Source: Caecitellus pseudoparvulus (lineage: Eukaryota; Protista; Bigyra: Bicosoecida). Taken from it: a DNA stretch of 64,000 nucleotides. The position numbers and the translations under genes were made by a program. This document shows, in pieces, positions 20,837-32,347 of the stretch; the stretch's first letter is position 1; every line of letters starts with the position of its first letter. Where the stretch lies: positions 124,001-188,000 of the forward strand of contig CBFFRQ010000054.1 in NCBI GenBank assembly GCA_965644315.1. Direction: 5' to 3'. Below the pieces are notes generated by a model. The model did not search any database, was not told where the DNA came from, and saw only the letters and a list, made by a program, of their open reading frames with translations.

Positions 20837-21916
20837 ATGAAATTCGTGGCTTTACTTGTTCTCAGCACAATCTTTAAGCGCTCCTTTGGTGCAGTGTTCG
20901 CTCAGCGACTCCTGGGGCAGGAGCGTTGGATTCCGCCTGGTTCAGTGTCTGCGCAAGCGCTCGCAACGCAACGCCAATGGTTCAGGCCCGTGCCCCACCT
21001 GGACGATAAAGAGCCGCTGAGTATCGACCCCATTGCTCATATATCAATATCCAGTGCAGTCAAGCCGTTCATTTCCCATGGCATGCCAGGCCGTGTTCGA
21101 GAGCCGAGCGTCTCGGCGGAGGCTGGCGGCCTCGCAGCTCTGCCCGGCACAGGGGCTGTGAGCTTGGACAGCGTGGCACAGCAGCTGTGCCCAGTGGGGA
21201 TCCAGATGGATGCCAACGAAGTTGAGCAGATGGAAGTGTGGATGGCTGAGGGCGCCGCTGCCCACAATCGCACGAAGTTCACATCTCTACACCTGGAGTG
21301 GGGGACGGGCGGGTCAACCATCCACTCTGCGCACCGAGCAGGGCACGTGGCAGGCATCGAGCACCACCCTGAATGGTGCGCCATGGTCACTCGCTGCTTG
21401 CAGCACATGGCGTGGGAGCACGTCACTTTGGCATGCGCCCCACATGACTCGACCCAGGCTGACTTCAACGTCAACGCTCCCACCTTCCGCCTCAACGAGG
21501 GCAGTTTCCGGGCCTTTGCGAACTACGTCAACACCCCATTTATGCTACCATGGCCTCAAGGTAGCGATTTCACTGCGCTCGACAGCATACTGGTGGACGG
21601 GCGAGCCCGCATCGCATGTGCCCTGCGAGCATATGCCTTCATGGACATGGGTACAGTGCTCATGCTCCACGACTCCAACCGCGAGTACTACACAACACGC
21701 CTGGCACCGTACTTTGACTTCGTCAAGGAGAGGGACTGCACCTTGCCGGCCCGGGGCATTTGCAGACTGCGCCCCTTGCCCCACCTCGTCGGGAGAGTGC
21801 TGCCTGAGTCATTCATCGCAGCCGTCGCTGACTTGCGCCAGTTCTCAGTTGGAGAGCCTCCGCTGCCGCTACCACCCCCCCAAGAGATGCCCTTTTTGGT
21901 GGATATTATTGGATAG
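20837..21916 (+). CDS. Secreted/Golgi class I SAM-dependent methyltransferase, putative glycan O-methyltransferase
   Basis: Signal/anchor MKFVALLVLS; motif I HLEWGTGGST; GIEHHPEW; DSILVDGRARIACA; LMLHD. The ORF-track start at 20624 lies inside the TIR and is not credible. Confidence 0.72.
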   Translation: MKFVALLVLSTIFKRSFGAVFAQRLLGQERWIPPGSVSAQALATQRQWFRPVPHLDDKEPLSIDPIAHISISSAVKPFISHGMPGRVREPSVSAEAGGLAALPGTGAVSLDSVAQQLCPVGIQMDANEVEQMEVWMAEGAAAHNRTKFTSLHLEWGTGGSTIHSAHRAGHVAGIEHHPEWCAMVTRCLQHMAWEHVTLACAPHDSTQADFNVNAPTFRLNEGSFRAFANYVNTPFMLPWPQGSDFTALDSILVDGRARIACALRAYAFMDMGTVLMLHDSNREYYTTRLAPYFDFVKERDCTLPARGICRLRPLPHLVGRVLPESFIAAVADLRQFSVGEPPLPLPPPQEMPFLVDIIG

Positions 21917-22188
21917 TGCTAATACTTTGCCCCATTCACGCAATGCAGAGGTGAATGCGCCGTAGTCGAGGGCAATCCACCAAGAAGGCGCCGCTTTGCC
22001 GTGCCTGCGCGCGCCACTTTGCCATGCCAGCCAAAATAGGACACGTACCGCGAAGAATACTTTCGTAATCATCAAGTTGAATCCTAAACTTTACTAGTGG
22101 GGGGTCTCAGGCTCTCGGGGCTTGTACATGGCCGTGGCCTGTGCACGAGTTTCGCGTGAAACGCTGGGCTCCACTTCTCTTGCTCCTA

Positions 22189-24742
22189 ATGGAGGCCAAG
22201 CGCACGACATCACGCATTTTCTGGCCAGTGCCCTGTCCAGGATCTGATCAGTCTGGTTTCTTGATCGGATGGAATGTGCAGGGCTTCACAGCGTGTGTCG
22301 CGGGGGTGCTGCCCTTTGAGTTCGCAGAGTTGCCTGCGCTGGATCACGCGATTGGTGAGGAAGGCGCACCGCCTGCCTGAATGCCTCCGCTGAGAGCATG
22401 CCTGTGTTGCGCAACTCACAGCGCACATGAAGACCAACCCTCGCCTCACTGACATGGTCAAGTACTGCGGCTGCAGCCTCGTCGTGCTGGGCGAGTGGCA
22501 AGCCTCGCCTGGCGCAGAGTCCGCCGCTGCCCAACCACCTCCGGGCGTCGCAGCACGAAGGCAAACAGCGAACTTGTGGCTGCGCATGTCGTCAGCTGGT
22601 CCAGGTCGGGCACCACAGCCCACGCTCCGATCCCTGCATTGCTGTGGAAACCCTTTCCAGACTGCCCCTCACGTGGTGTTTTGCGCGCCGCCTGACCCAA
22701 CCCGCATGCAGTACCTCGTGCCGACGCTGAGGAGCGCCACTGGCACAGCACGCCCCGCCTCTCCCGCAAAAGTGCGACCCAAGTCGCCCCCCACGCCGGA
22801 GCAGCACCCTGGCAAGCCTCGGCGTGTGCCTGTCGCATTCGGAGCCAAGAACCGCACTCGTGACGAAGCCAAGCTGCCGCCACCCAGCACCAACGCGCCC
22901 CCCCAGGATGGAGGAGGGGCGTCGGTGCGACCCCTCCCATCAGCTGGGCTTAGTGAGCTGGAGCACTGCCTAAGGCAAGTGAACTCTTCCGCCCACGTTC
23001 TGGTGTACTTGCTCGCAGCCCTGCGGCAGCCGACCAGGCGCCTGCCCGACATGAGTCCGCCAGTGACTGGCTGCCGCAGTACCGACCCGGCAGAAGTCTT
23101 GCAGGAGGTGCAGGGTGTCGGAACGTGGCAGTTTGCTGTCATGGCTGGCGCAGAGTGCGCGGCGGCGGCCGCGGGCGAGGTGGCAACCCACCCGACCCAC
23201 CAACCACGCCACAACTGCTGCTTGCGTGGGGCGGCTGCTGTGGTGTTGGCGTGGTTGTATGTTTTGCGCTTGCTTGTGGGCGGCGTGCTGGCTGTGGTGA
23301 ATGCCCAGGTCCCAACATGGCTCCCCTGCTGTGCGGGGCGGTCTCTGCGCCACGTCAGCGCCACTTCCGCCCAGCTGGACCGCCTCGGCACGCAGCTCCT
23401 GGTGTGGCCCGGCGTCATCCAGGCGTCCCGCACGATGAACAGCCACTGGCGCCTGGCGCGGCATCGTGTGCAGCACCACGTCGCAGCCTGGGGCAGCGTC
23501 AGCTTGACTGTGCTGGATGTGGCCGTGGGCATCATCACGGGGGTCATGCTGTTCACCGCCGTGTCACAGCCGGCGTCTGGACTGCTTGCTACCGTGCACT
23601 ACGTTGGGCGGCTCCTGCACATGGATGTCTTGCGCAGTAACATTCGTTGGCTGTCCCTCGTGCCGGCAGGCTTGAAGCTGAATGCGCCGCTGGCCAGCCA
23701 GCTGTCACACGTTGTGCTGGAGCTGCTGTCAGCGTGGAACAGCATCACAACATTCCTGACGCCCCTTGAGCCCATGATTGCCGTGGTTGTTGCTTGCTCC
23801 GGCATTGGAGGTTGCTCCCTCATGTTGGCCGTGTGCAGTGACGTTCTTGGCATCATCACTCTGCATGTGCGCCTGCTTTACATGGCATTTGCGACGGCAT
23901 GGAACACCCTGCTGCGCATCGCATACTCTCTCTTCTTGCTCTTTCGTGGAAAGAAGTACAACATATTGCGCCTGCGAGTGGACAGCCTGCAGTCCGACAC
24001 GGCACAGCTGCTCATGGGTGTGCTGCTCTTCAGTGTCGTGGCACTGCTGCCCACTCTGGGCGTCTACTACGCCTTTTTCGTCATTGTGTGGGGGCTGGTG
24101 CTGGCACTGCAGGGTTTCTTGTGGTGCGCGATTGCGCTGTTGACACGTTTCCCGCTGTACGGACTCATCGTGCGAGCGCTGGACCCTGGCTGCATCCCCG
24201 GCGGCATTCGCGTGCGCCTGTGCGGACCAGACGGCCAAGACTGCGACCTGTCCAAGCTTGGGGCAGGGTCAGCAGCCACACCAGCAGGCGGGGTACCGTC
24301 TGACTCACCTGCGACACCCCCCAGCAACCCCCACGCAACGTACATTTGGCTGCACTCCCACGGAGCGCCCCCTTCCGTGCTGCTCGCATCGTACACTGAT
24401 ACACTCAGTGCGGTGGTTGGCAAGCATTACGCCCCTGCACGCGTCTTGCGGGGTGCCCTCACAGGCGGCGGCATCCCGCTTGCGCCCCAAGCCACGTTTG
24501 ACCGCCTGCGAGACAGCACCCCTGCCAGCCGCCACCTGAGCATCCCATCCCCGGCTCACTTCATCCGTGCCCTGCAGGAGCTGTTTGAGTTGGTGCGCAG
24601 CGAGGACGATTGTGGCGGTGTTGTGCCGCTGCAGCTTGCAGGGCGGCGACAGGCATCTGGTGCGGACTGCGACACGCCGGACAGCGAGGGTAGCCCTGCG
24701 CCCACCACTAGTGGGCAGGATACCCACGCCAAGGTGGAGTGA
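22189..24742 (+). CDS. PIGQ: GPI-GlcNAc transferase subunit PIG-Q/Gpi1; intron 22355-22421
   Basis: N-terminal RIFWP..GFLIGWN..CVA exon spliced in phase 1 to the long ORF. Gpi1 core WLSLVPAGLKLNAPLA..SLFLLFRGKKYNILRLRVDS..QLLMGVLLF..LLPT..YY. Confidence 0.93.
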
Positions 24743-24970
24743 GTGGGTGTAACATGCAGCTTCGACTTAATGCACTGCTTTATTTGAACGTGGGATTCCG
24801 CCCGTCCTGCCCGGGGCGAAGCAATCAGGTGCTTGGCCCAAACCATCTCACCGCGACGCATGTTGCTGCAGCGCTGCAGGACTCCCCATCCCAGAAGTAT
24901 TGAGACGATCTTCATGCATTGAACTTGTTGATTCTACCCAGCACCAACGCAAAGGCCCGCATCTGAGACG

Positions 24971-26419
24971 ATGTCAGGCAAAGGTGAGGGGTGGCGTTTG
25001 CGGATTTTGAGCCCGTGCACGCAGCAACGTGTGCCGCCCTCCCTTCCAGGTGGAACGAAGCGGCGGCGCAGCAGTGGCGGCACTAGAGGGGATGCAAAGA
25101 AGAAGTCAGAGCCCGCGACAACCACCATGTCTGAAGCTGACCGCCTCAGCATGAACCAGGTTTGGGTGTGCTGTGGCACCTGCTCCAAGTGGTTTTCACT
25201 GCCTGAGCACCTGACGCAGCGCGACATCCCCGAACGCTGGGTGTGCCACATGGCATGGTGGATCACACCAGCCCCCATCTGCTGCAATGGGACGACGGAT
25301 GCAGATGAGGATGAGGAATGCCTTCCCCGCGACCCGAGCAGGCGCCACAGTCGATCTTGGCGGACGAGCATTGCCGGGCACAGCTCTGGCGCCGCCATCA
25401 CCGAGCAGCTGCACAAGCGCTTCCTCCCATCGTCTCAGTTTGTCCCATCTGTCTCTGGCCTGCTGCGCACGGGCTTGCCGTGGGGCTGGTCCCAGCGACT
25501 GGCAGCCTTGCCGCGTCCCCTGCCGGCTCTGCCTGGCCTCAGCTCCGAGCTCAGGTCGCCTGCCAGCCACGCCAGCAGCGGCAGCTCCGAGGCAAGCACA
25601 CACAACAAGGAACCGTTGTCTCTCACGGCTGGTTTGTGTTCGGCGGCGCTGGCGCGGGACGTGCTGCGTTTCGGCTTTCACTGCGTGGGGGACAGCACTT
25701 CGAGTGTGGACGCTGTCGCGTACCCAGACCCGCTCAGCCCCGACCCCACCCCTGCCACTGAGATCTCATTGGCTGGAGATGCGTCTGGTGCGGTTCGGCT
25801 GGTTCTGCGAGCCATGCTGACCCCCCCGGTGCTGCGTGAGCTGGTGCGTTCAGGGGGCGTCACTGCTGCCCTGGCCTTCCGAATCTTGCTGTGCGATGCC
25901 CGGGCAGCCGTGGCCGACGCCGAGAGGACCAGCACAGCACCCCAGGGACTAGTACAGAGCAAGGTTCAGGAGCTCCCGCGTGAAAGCAAGCTTGGCATCC
26001 CAGCTTGCCTCTGCGCAGCGTTGTGTGATCCGGCTCTAGGAGCCGATGGCCTTCCTGACGCCGCAGCTGCAGTTGAGGAGCGGCTGATGGAAGCGGCCGC
26101 AGCAGGCCTCATCTTCAGTCAAGCGTCACGCACAGGGGGTGTCACGTTTTCATGCGCGTCTCGAGCGTACCAACTGCCGCCCTCAAGCACAAGCAGTGTA
26201 GCCTTGCCACCAAAGCTCCGAGGAAAGGGCTCTAGGCGACCAATGACGTGTACACTGTCGCAAGCTCAGGCCCCAGTGTGCGCTGCAGAGGCGCCTTCCA
26301 CTCCTAAGGTCCTGAAGCTGCCGATTGCCGCCGTCACCACGCCAGTCCCGACAGCAACCCCCCCTGGCAGTGAGCAGGGGGCTGACAGCAGCGAGGACGA
26401 GGGAGAAGTGCTCCTTTGA
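24971..26419 (+). CDS. CW-type zinc-finger protein; probable in-frame intron 24984-25049
   Basis: QVWVCCGTCSKWFSLP..IPERWVCHM.WW....C is a zf-CW motif, preceded by an NLS-like KRRR. The remainder is not recognised. Confidence 0.7.
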   Translation: MSGKGEGWRLRILSPCTQQRVPPSLPGGTKRRRSSGGTRGDAKKKSEPATTTMSEADRLSMNQVWVCCGTCSKWFSLPEHLTQRDIPERWVCHMAWWITPAPICCNGTTDADEDEECLPRDPSRRHSRSWRTSIAGHSSGAAITEQLHKRFLPSSQFVPSVSGLLRTGLPWGWSQRLAALPRPLPALPGLSSELRSPASHASSGSSEASTHNKEPLSLTAGLCSAALARDVLRFGFHCVGDSTSSVDAVAYPDPLSPDPTPATEISLAGDASGAVRLVLRAMLTPPVLRELVRSGGVTAALAFRILLCDARAAVADAERTSTAPQGLVQSKVQELPRESKLGIPACLCAALCDPALGADGLPDAAAAVEERLMEAAAAGLIFSQASRTGGVTFSCASRAYQLPPSSTSSVALPPKLRGKGSRRPMTCTLSQAQAPVCAAEAPSTPKVLKLPIAAVTTPVPTATPPGSEQGADSSEDEGEVLL

Positions 26420-26559
26420 AGTCAAAAATGCCTCAGCTACAGACCTTCCTGCCTAAATCTTGAATCTTGCTAATGCATGCAAGCGTACCACAGTCAACGC
26501 AGATGTCCAGCGCCTTCGACGTGCACCATCCTGCCGCAACGCAGCAACGCACTTCCATC

Positions 26560-29500
26560 ATGTCCGCACCATCTGGCCTCGTAGCTCTTCATGTGTCTGC
26601 TTTCAAAACCATTTCGGGCGAGTGCGTCCTGTGATCGCTCCCAGTGCCTCGTGGGCGCTGCTCACGCGCGCTGCAGCATCCACGCCGTTCCTGCGTCACA
26701 GACTGCAGCTTCGGTTTCCGCAGCAAGGTGGGGCACCCCAGCTCTGTGCCGTGATCGGCCCCAATGGCATCGGGAAGTCTGTTCTTAGAGAAGCCTTTTC
26801 CTTTGTTCTTGGTGCTCCTGCAGCCTTGCTCCGCTGCAAGTGCTTGTCTGAGCTCAGGAGTCGTGGAAGCGCGGCCAGCGTTCCATGCAGCGTTGCTGCC
26901 ACGTTTCACAGCGCCAAGGGGGGTGAGGTGGTTGCCTGTCGCACAGTGCACGGAAGATCGAGCACGTTTCACCTGGGAGGCTCCCCTGTGAGTAAGTCCT
27001 CGTATCTTTCGTGCCTTGCCGAGCTCGGAGCAGACCTGCGCCAGCACTCCAGGCTCGTGGTGCAACAGCACAAGGTAGCAGAGTTGGCAGGCAGCGCTGA
27101 CTTGCTCCCCATGATCGACAAGAGTATCGGGACGTCGGCTCTCAAGGAAGAGAGGGAGCGTCTGGAGGAGGTGGCGGCGTCTGCTGCGGCTGAGGTCTCG
27201 GACATGGAGCAGGTCCAGCTCCCCAGCGCGGCACGTGCGCTTGAAGCTGCTATCCTTGACCAGCAGCTGAAAGAGGGGTTGGACTCTATCGCTCAGTCGG
27301 CTGCTAAGTGCCGCATACTTCCACCTCACAGTGGGCGCATTGAAGATGTAGAGCTTGCTGCGGTCCAAGCCATTCAAACCCAGCAGGATGCGGTGGCCAA
27401 GGCAGAGGTCGCCGCTGCATCAACCAATCTTGCTTCTAGGACCTCCCGATCCAACAGTGAAGCTGCAGCTGCAAAGTGCAGGCAACTGGAAAGCCTGCTT
27501 GAACAGAGGGCTGTGTCATTGCGAGAAGCCCAAGCGGCAAAGCGTGCAGCAGCTAAGCAACTATCCCAGTCCAAAGCAGCGACCGATGCGGCCCAAGTGC
27601 GACTCCAAGCTGCACAGACGGCGCTGCTGCACTTTTCGGCAGCAAAGGAAGTGCAAGGTGACGCTGAACCTGGGCATCGAAAGTCAGCGGCTGAGTCGTT
27701 GCGAGCAGCGGAGCTTGAGCTGCAGTGTCAGCGACTTCAGGAGCGAGTGGCGCTTTACCGTAAAGAGCTGCACATGGCAGAAAAGCGCCTGGGGATCGAG
27801 TCTGCCAAGGAAAAGGACTGTGAGCGAGAGGTTCGGAAGTCTTCCTACCACGTGGAGAGGCTCCAGTCCAGCTTGCCGAGCGAAGGCCTTTCGCAAGCTC
27901 CATCCGAGCGGCAGGGCGCAGGAACAGCCGCCACTTCTCCACAAAACGATTCCTTCTTCCAGGCGGTGGCGAGATGCAAGGAGGCGCACCCAGGCGAAGT
28001 GCTCGGGACGTTGGCTCAGTGTGGCATCGAGGTCCTTGATGAGCGGTACTCATTGGCGCTCGAAGTTGCACTTGGCCGGCTTCTGCACACATCCGTCGTC
28101 GTCAGCACTCGTGAGGTTGCGATGGAGGCACTGAGCATTTTCGAAGAAGTTCAGTGCGGACCCATCACGTGCATCATTCTCGACGAGCTTCCTTCGGCCC
28201 CTCGCCAAAGGCACGCTACTTTGGCCGCGGGGCGTCTGGTGCCGGCCTCACAGCTCGTGCAGGCAGACACTCAGCCTTTGCGTAACCTTGTTCACAACAT
28301 TCTTGGGCGTTGGGATGTCGCTCAAGATGCAAGTGTCGCGCTCGCGCTTCGAAAAACGGGCCGGCATGTCGTGTGCCTGGATGGGACGGTTGCCAAGGCC
28401 TCGGGCGAGCTTCTTGGAGGTGCAAGGCCGCGCACCGTCAAGCGTAGTCATATGAAGGTGTTCAGTCTGCCCGTTGTCGGGGCTGGCGGGGAGCAGGTGT
28501 GCCGCGCTTCAGCAGCCCAAGAATACTCTGCGGCCCACGAGCCGACAGGTGCGACCGGCGACACACTACAGAGTGCTAAAGCTCGTTTGGAAGCCCACCT
28601 CTCCAACTTGGCACAGGCCAAGCGTGCTGTCCTGGAGGCCAGGCGGCGTACAGCCAGCCAAAGGCGTCGCTTACAAGCAGCTGAACAGCAGAAGCACCTT
28701 GCAGACGAGGAGCTCCGTTCTTTCGAACGCGAGGCATTCAGAGTCAGCACCTCGATCCCGGATCACGCCCGCCAAGAGAAGCTTGCTCGTGATGCTGTGC
28801 TAGGGGCAGAGACTGCGGTGTATGACGCGCGCGCCTCCGCTGAGAAATGCCAGGAGCGTGTGGAGCGGACGCAAGCAGCCGTGGACGTTCGCTCCTCGGA
28901 GCTCGCAAGCGTGAAGTCAGCCATGGCGGACGCCCAGGCAGAGGCTCAAATTTGCGAGGAAGTAGCCGACAAAGCACACGCAGAATGTGAACGGCAGCGG
29001 AAGGTACTGCTGACCTTGCGCAGGGACTTGACCCGAATGGAGCGTCAGCTTGAACGCGTCAAAGCTCTCGTAGAGCAGCTGTCCCGAGCAAAGAGCGTTG
29101 CCCAGAAAGCGTTCACTGCAGCCTGGGAGGGCTGCGGCCACACGCAAGTGCTGGTTAGACAGTTGCTCGACGAGGTCCAAACGCTGGGCTCTCAATGCCC
29201 TAAGTTAGGAGCGCTCGAAGACTTTGCCGCTCACCTTCAGAGCAGTGCATGGCTTTGCAAAGCCCCGCTGCACTGCGCCTACACGCCAGCCTGTCAGGCT
29301 GAAACTGAGGGAGATACAAGACACAGCTCCATCGAGGCGGCCCAGCGCACGCTGGAACGGCAGGTGAAAGTTGTTGAGCGCGCGATATCAGCCGCAAGGG
29401 CGTTGAGACTGCACACGTCAGAGGTGGCTAGCAAAGTCACGAGCCTCCTGAAGAGTGCTGCAGTGGCTTGTCTTTGTGAGAGGGTTCCCAAGTGGCTCTC

Positions 29501-30215
29501 CCTCATGAATGTCCGAAGTGACGCGGAAGCTGAGGCGGCTGCCCTCGCAGACACCCGCTTCGCGAAGCTGCAGGATGCCCTCCACGCACTGCAGGACCAG
29601 TGTCAAGCGATGTTTTCACGGCTGAGTCCAAGAGGCCGATGCTCCCTCCTCTTTGGCCTGACACCTTCGCAGCTGTATGAGAAAGGGGTGACGCTGGAGT
29701 GCGCGCCTTCTGGGCGACAGTGGCGGACACAGGCTGAGCTCTCGGGGGGTCAACGAGCACTCTTGGCGTTGGCACTGTTGCTGGCTTTGCAGTCCCTCGC
29801 CCCGGCGCCCTTCTTTATCCTGGATGAAGTGGATGCTGCATTGGACCCACTCAGAGCAAGGCGGGCTGCAGCCGCGTTGCATGCTCTCGCCCGTGGCCCA
29901 AAGCAGGCGCAAACTTGTGCGCCAACCAAACCCTGGTACATCGTCATTTCTCACCGCTCATCCATGCATTGTGCCGCTCCCTTGTTGTTGGGACTATACC
30001 ATTTGCATGGGAGTGTAGCGGCTACCATGCTGAGCGTTCCAGGTGCAGGTCCCGATGCTGGCGTGGAGGGCAGCCTTGCCACAGATGCGCTGGTACTGCG
30101 GGAGAGCTCCGCAGGAAAGGCAAGCAAGGCAACTCAGCACGCGGTGCCAACCAGGGGCGATAGCAGCGACTCAGACGAAGACGTCGTGTTTCCATGCCGG
30201 GCATCCAGCTGTTGA
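26560..30215 (+). CDS. Divergent SMC-family ATPase; intron 26622-26701
   Basis: Spliced N-terminus LVALHVSAFKT..AVIGPNGIGKS (Walker A), Q-loop LVVQQ, coiled coil, hinge (GEVLGTLAQ..YSLALEVALG..VVVS..GPITCIILD), coiled coil, LSGGQ signature, FFILDEVDAALD (Walker B/D-loop), IVISHR. Confidence 0.9.
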
Positions 30216-30219
30216 TGGC

Positions 30220-31737
30220 TCACTCTTTGGCTGCAAGTTTCCTGAAATCTACACTGGCAACAGGCCGCCATTTGCCCTCCGGGTCGCACCAAGCTGGGTC
30301 ATGCACCCTCTCTTCAGTTTGGCCCAGTGTAGCATCTCCATCGTCGTCTAAGTCGTCCAACAAGCCCCCGTCGCCATCAGCACCGGCAGGTGCCGCGCCT
30401 CCGACTTGTGCAGTGCTGCGCAGGCACGGGTTCGACACGCGGCGCACCTGCACAGGCTGGTCCTTGAAGTATCCTGCAGTCACCCAGGCATGCATCTGAG
30501 TGCTTGTGAACGGACCATGGTGCCCGTCTTCACTGCCACCCCCTCCTCCCCACCGGTACAACCACGGGATAGCATCAGCGTCCATGGAAGCCGCTGCAGC
30601 CGAGCCCCCTTCAGTCGCTGAGCTGGCAGCGTACATCTGTGCTGCCTTTTGCAGCTTGCTTTGCAGCTGCTCAGGGGTGTAATTGTAGATGTCTAGCGCG
30701 CCCTCTTTCAGCAGGGAGTCGCAGGCGGTCATGAGAGACTCCAGCGCACTCTTCCACTGGCCCGCTTCGGGGGTGTCCCCTACCGAGGCCAGCTTGCCCA
30801 CCCGCCGCAGCAGCGCCGCGACTGACGCGTCTTCCTCTGTCATGAAACGACCGAGCCAGGCGAGGGCCGTGTACGGATGCATGCTCTCTGCCACCTCGCC
30901 GCCCATAGCGGCCTCGGCACGTGCCGCGGCAGCTTTGGCCGCAGAGGCGTGCTGACTGGCGAGCTCATCCTCGTCGGCTGTGGCTGCCTGCTGGTCCACG
31001 CTGGACAACCACTCATCCTCTTCCTTGGTCACCCGCCACTTGAAGTCGCCAGCTGCGTCGAAGTATCCCTCCTCCCGGTCCGCTTTCAGGTTGAACGGGA
31101 CGATGGGGACGGCTTTGGCAGCTGGCTTGCGCTCCGCGGCGGAGGGGCGGGGCTGTGCTTGTGCGTATTTGGAGGACAGGGACTGCCCTTCCGACACCGG
31201 CAGGGCAGCATCCTGAGTGCCGACGGCGCTGTGGTCGTACCCCCCCGCCTCCTCGCCCTCGGCTTGCACGGTGGCGCCTGCTGCCGCTTCCTCCTCGTCG
31301 CTCTCACCTCCCAAAGCGCCCACTCCACCATCCTCAGAGTCGGAATCGAAGGCACCACCGTGGCCATGTGCTTGTCCATCGCTCACGGCTGAGTCTGAGT
31401 CGTCGTCCGCGTCGCCTGCTTGGGCGGCTCTCGCAGCGTCGCCCGTGAGCACCACTGCCGCAGACCTGGGCCCGTCAATGGCTGCGGCAGTGTCTTGGAA
31501 CTTATGCACAGCTGCCTCGCCATCAGACCCCCCCACTGTATCATGCAAGGACCGCATTGCGCTCCGCTCTGCCTTCATCCTCTTGATGTCCGCAGCAGAG
31601 AGCTGTGAGGCGTGGGCCGCGGAAAGAGCTCCAACTTCCGCAACGGCAGTGCGCTTGGCACTGGGTTCCCGCTTCCCGTCTGGCTCTGCAAATGAGACTC
31701 GACCCCTCTTACGACCCCCAATGCTTGAAGACTCCAT
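30220..31737 (-). CDS. CD2BP2: CD2BP2/U5-52K/Lin1 GYF-domain splicing factor
   Basis: RVSF motif near the N-terminus, acidic tract, PIVPFNLKADREEGYFDAAGDF..DEWL, C-terminal GYF domain (WLYRW..HGPFTSTQMHAWVTAGYF). Confidence 0.88.
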   Translation of the reverse strand: MESSSIGGRKRGRVSFAEPDGKREPSAKRTAVAEVGALSAAHASQLSAADIKRMKAERSAMRSLHDTVGGSDGEAAVHKFQDTAAAIDGPRSAAVVLTGDAARAAQAGDADDDSDSAVSDGQAHGHGGAFDSDSEDGGVGALGGESDEEEAAAGATVQAEGEEAGGYDHSAVGTQDAALPVSEGQSLSSKYAQAQPRPSAAERKPAAKAVPIVPFNLKADREEGYFDAAGDFKWRVTKEEDEWLSSVDQQAATADEDELASQHASAAKAAAARAEAAMGGEVAESMHPYTALAWLGRFMTEEDASVAALLRRVGKLASVGDTPEAGQWKSALESLMTACDSLLKEGALDIYNYTPEQLQSKLQKAAQMYAASSATEGGSAAAASMDADAIPWLYRWGGGGGSEDGHHGPFTSTQMHAWVTAGYFKDQPVQVRRVSNPCLRSTAQVGGAAPAGADGDGGLLDDLDDDGDATLGQTEERVHDPAWCDPEGKWRPVASVDFRKLAAKE

Positions 31738-32347
31738 GGGGACAAAATGTACTTCCTTTCCCGCCCTCTGACCCGCAAGGTGCTGGGTGGAGTGCACTTG
31801 CCTGGTGGCCGGCTCAGTGGGCAGCAGCAACAGTCCCTGGCGGCGGAGCTCCTACACGTGTGCTCACCAGAACGCGGTGAGGTACAGAATGGCTCTATGA
31901 AACCGTCCAGTGTTCGCGCAGCATTGCGACTCATCTGGCGCCTTCTTGGTGGGAGGGAATGTGACTGTCTGTGTGGACGTCCACTTCGCAGCTTGATGTC
32001 AAAACCCAGAGTATGCACGATAAGTCTCAGAAATCTCATGGGATCACTTATCACGGGCTACGCTGCCCCCCCAGGCCATTCGTGTCGGTGTGGGTGCAGT
32101 TTATGCTGCTGCGCCGCAGCAACGCACGCTCAAATTCCGGTTTCCGCAGGTGCCCGCTTGGTCCCTGGCTTTCTCAGCTTCCACGAGACACGAAACCCCA
32201 CCAGGTCAGCTCCGTGTATCGTAAATAGCCATTTAGTCCGAGTCGTCGCGCGCTTTTCTGGTTTCCGCTTGCCTTCCAGTGCGGTGCGGGAGCCAGTCAT
32301 CGACGGAGGAGGCCAGGCAGCAACCGCACTATTGCGCCGCCGCTGCA

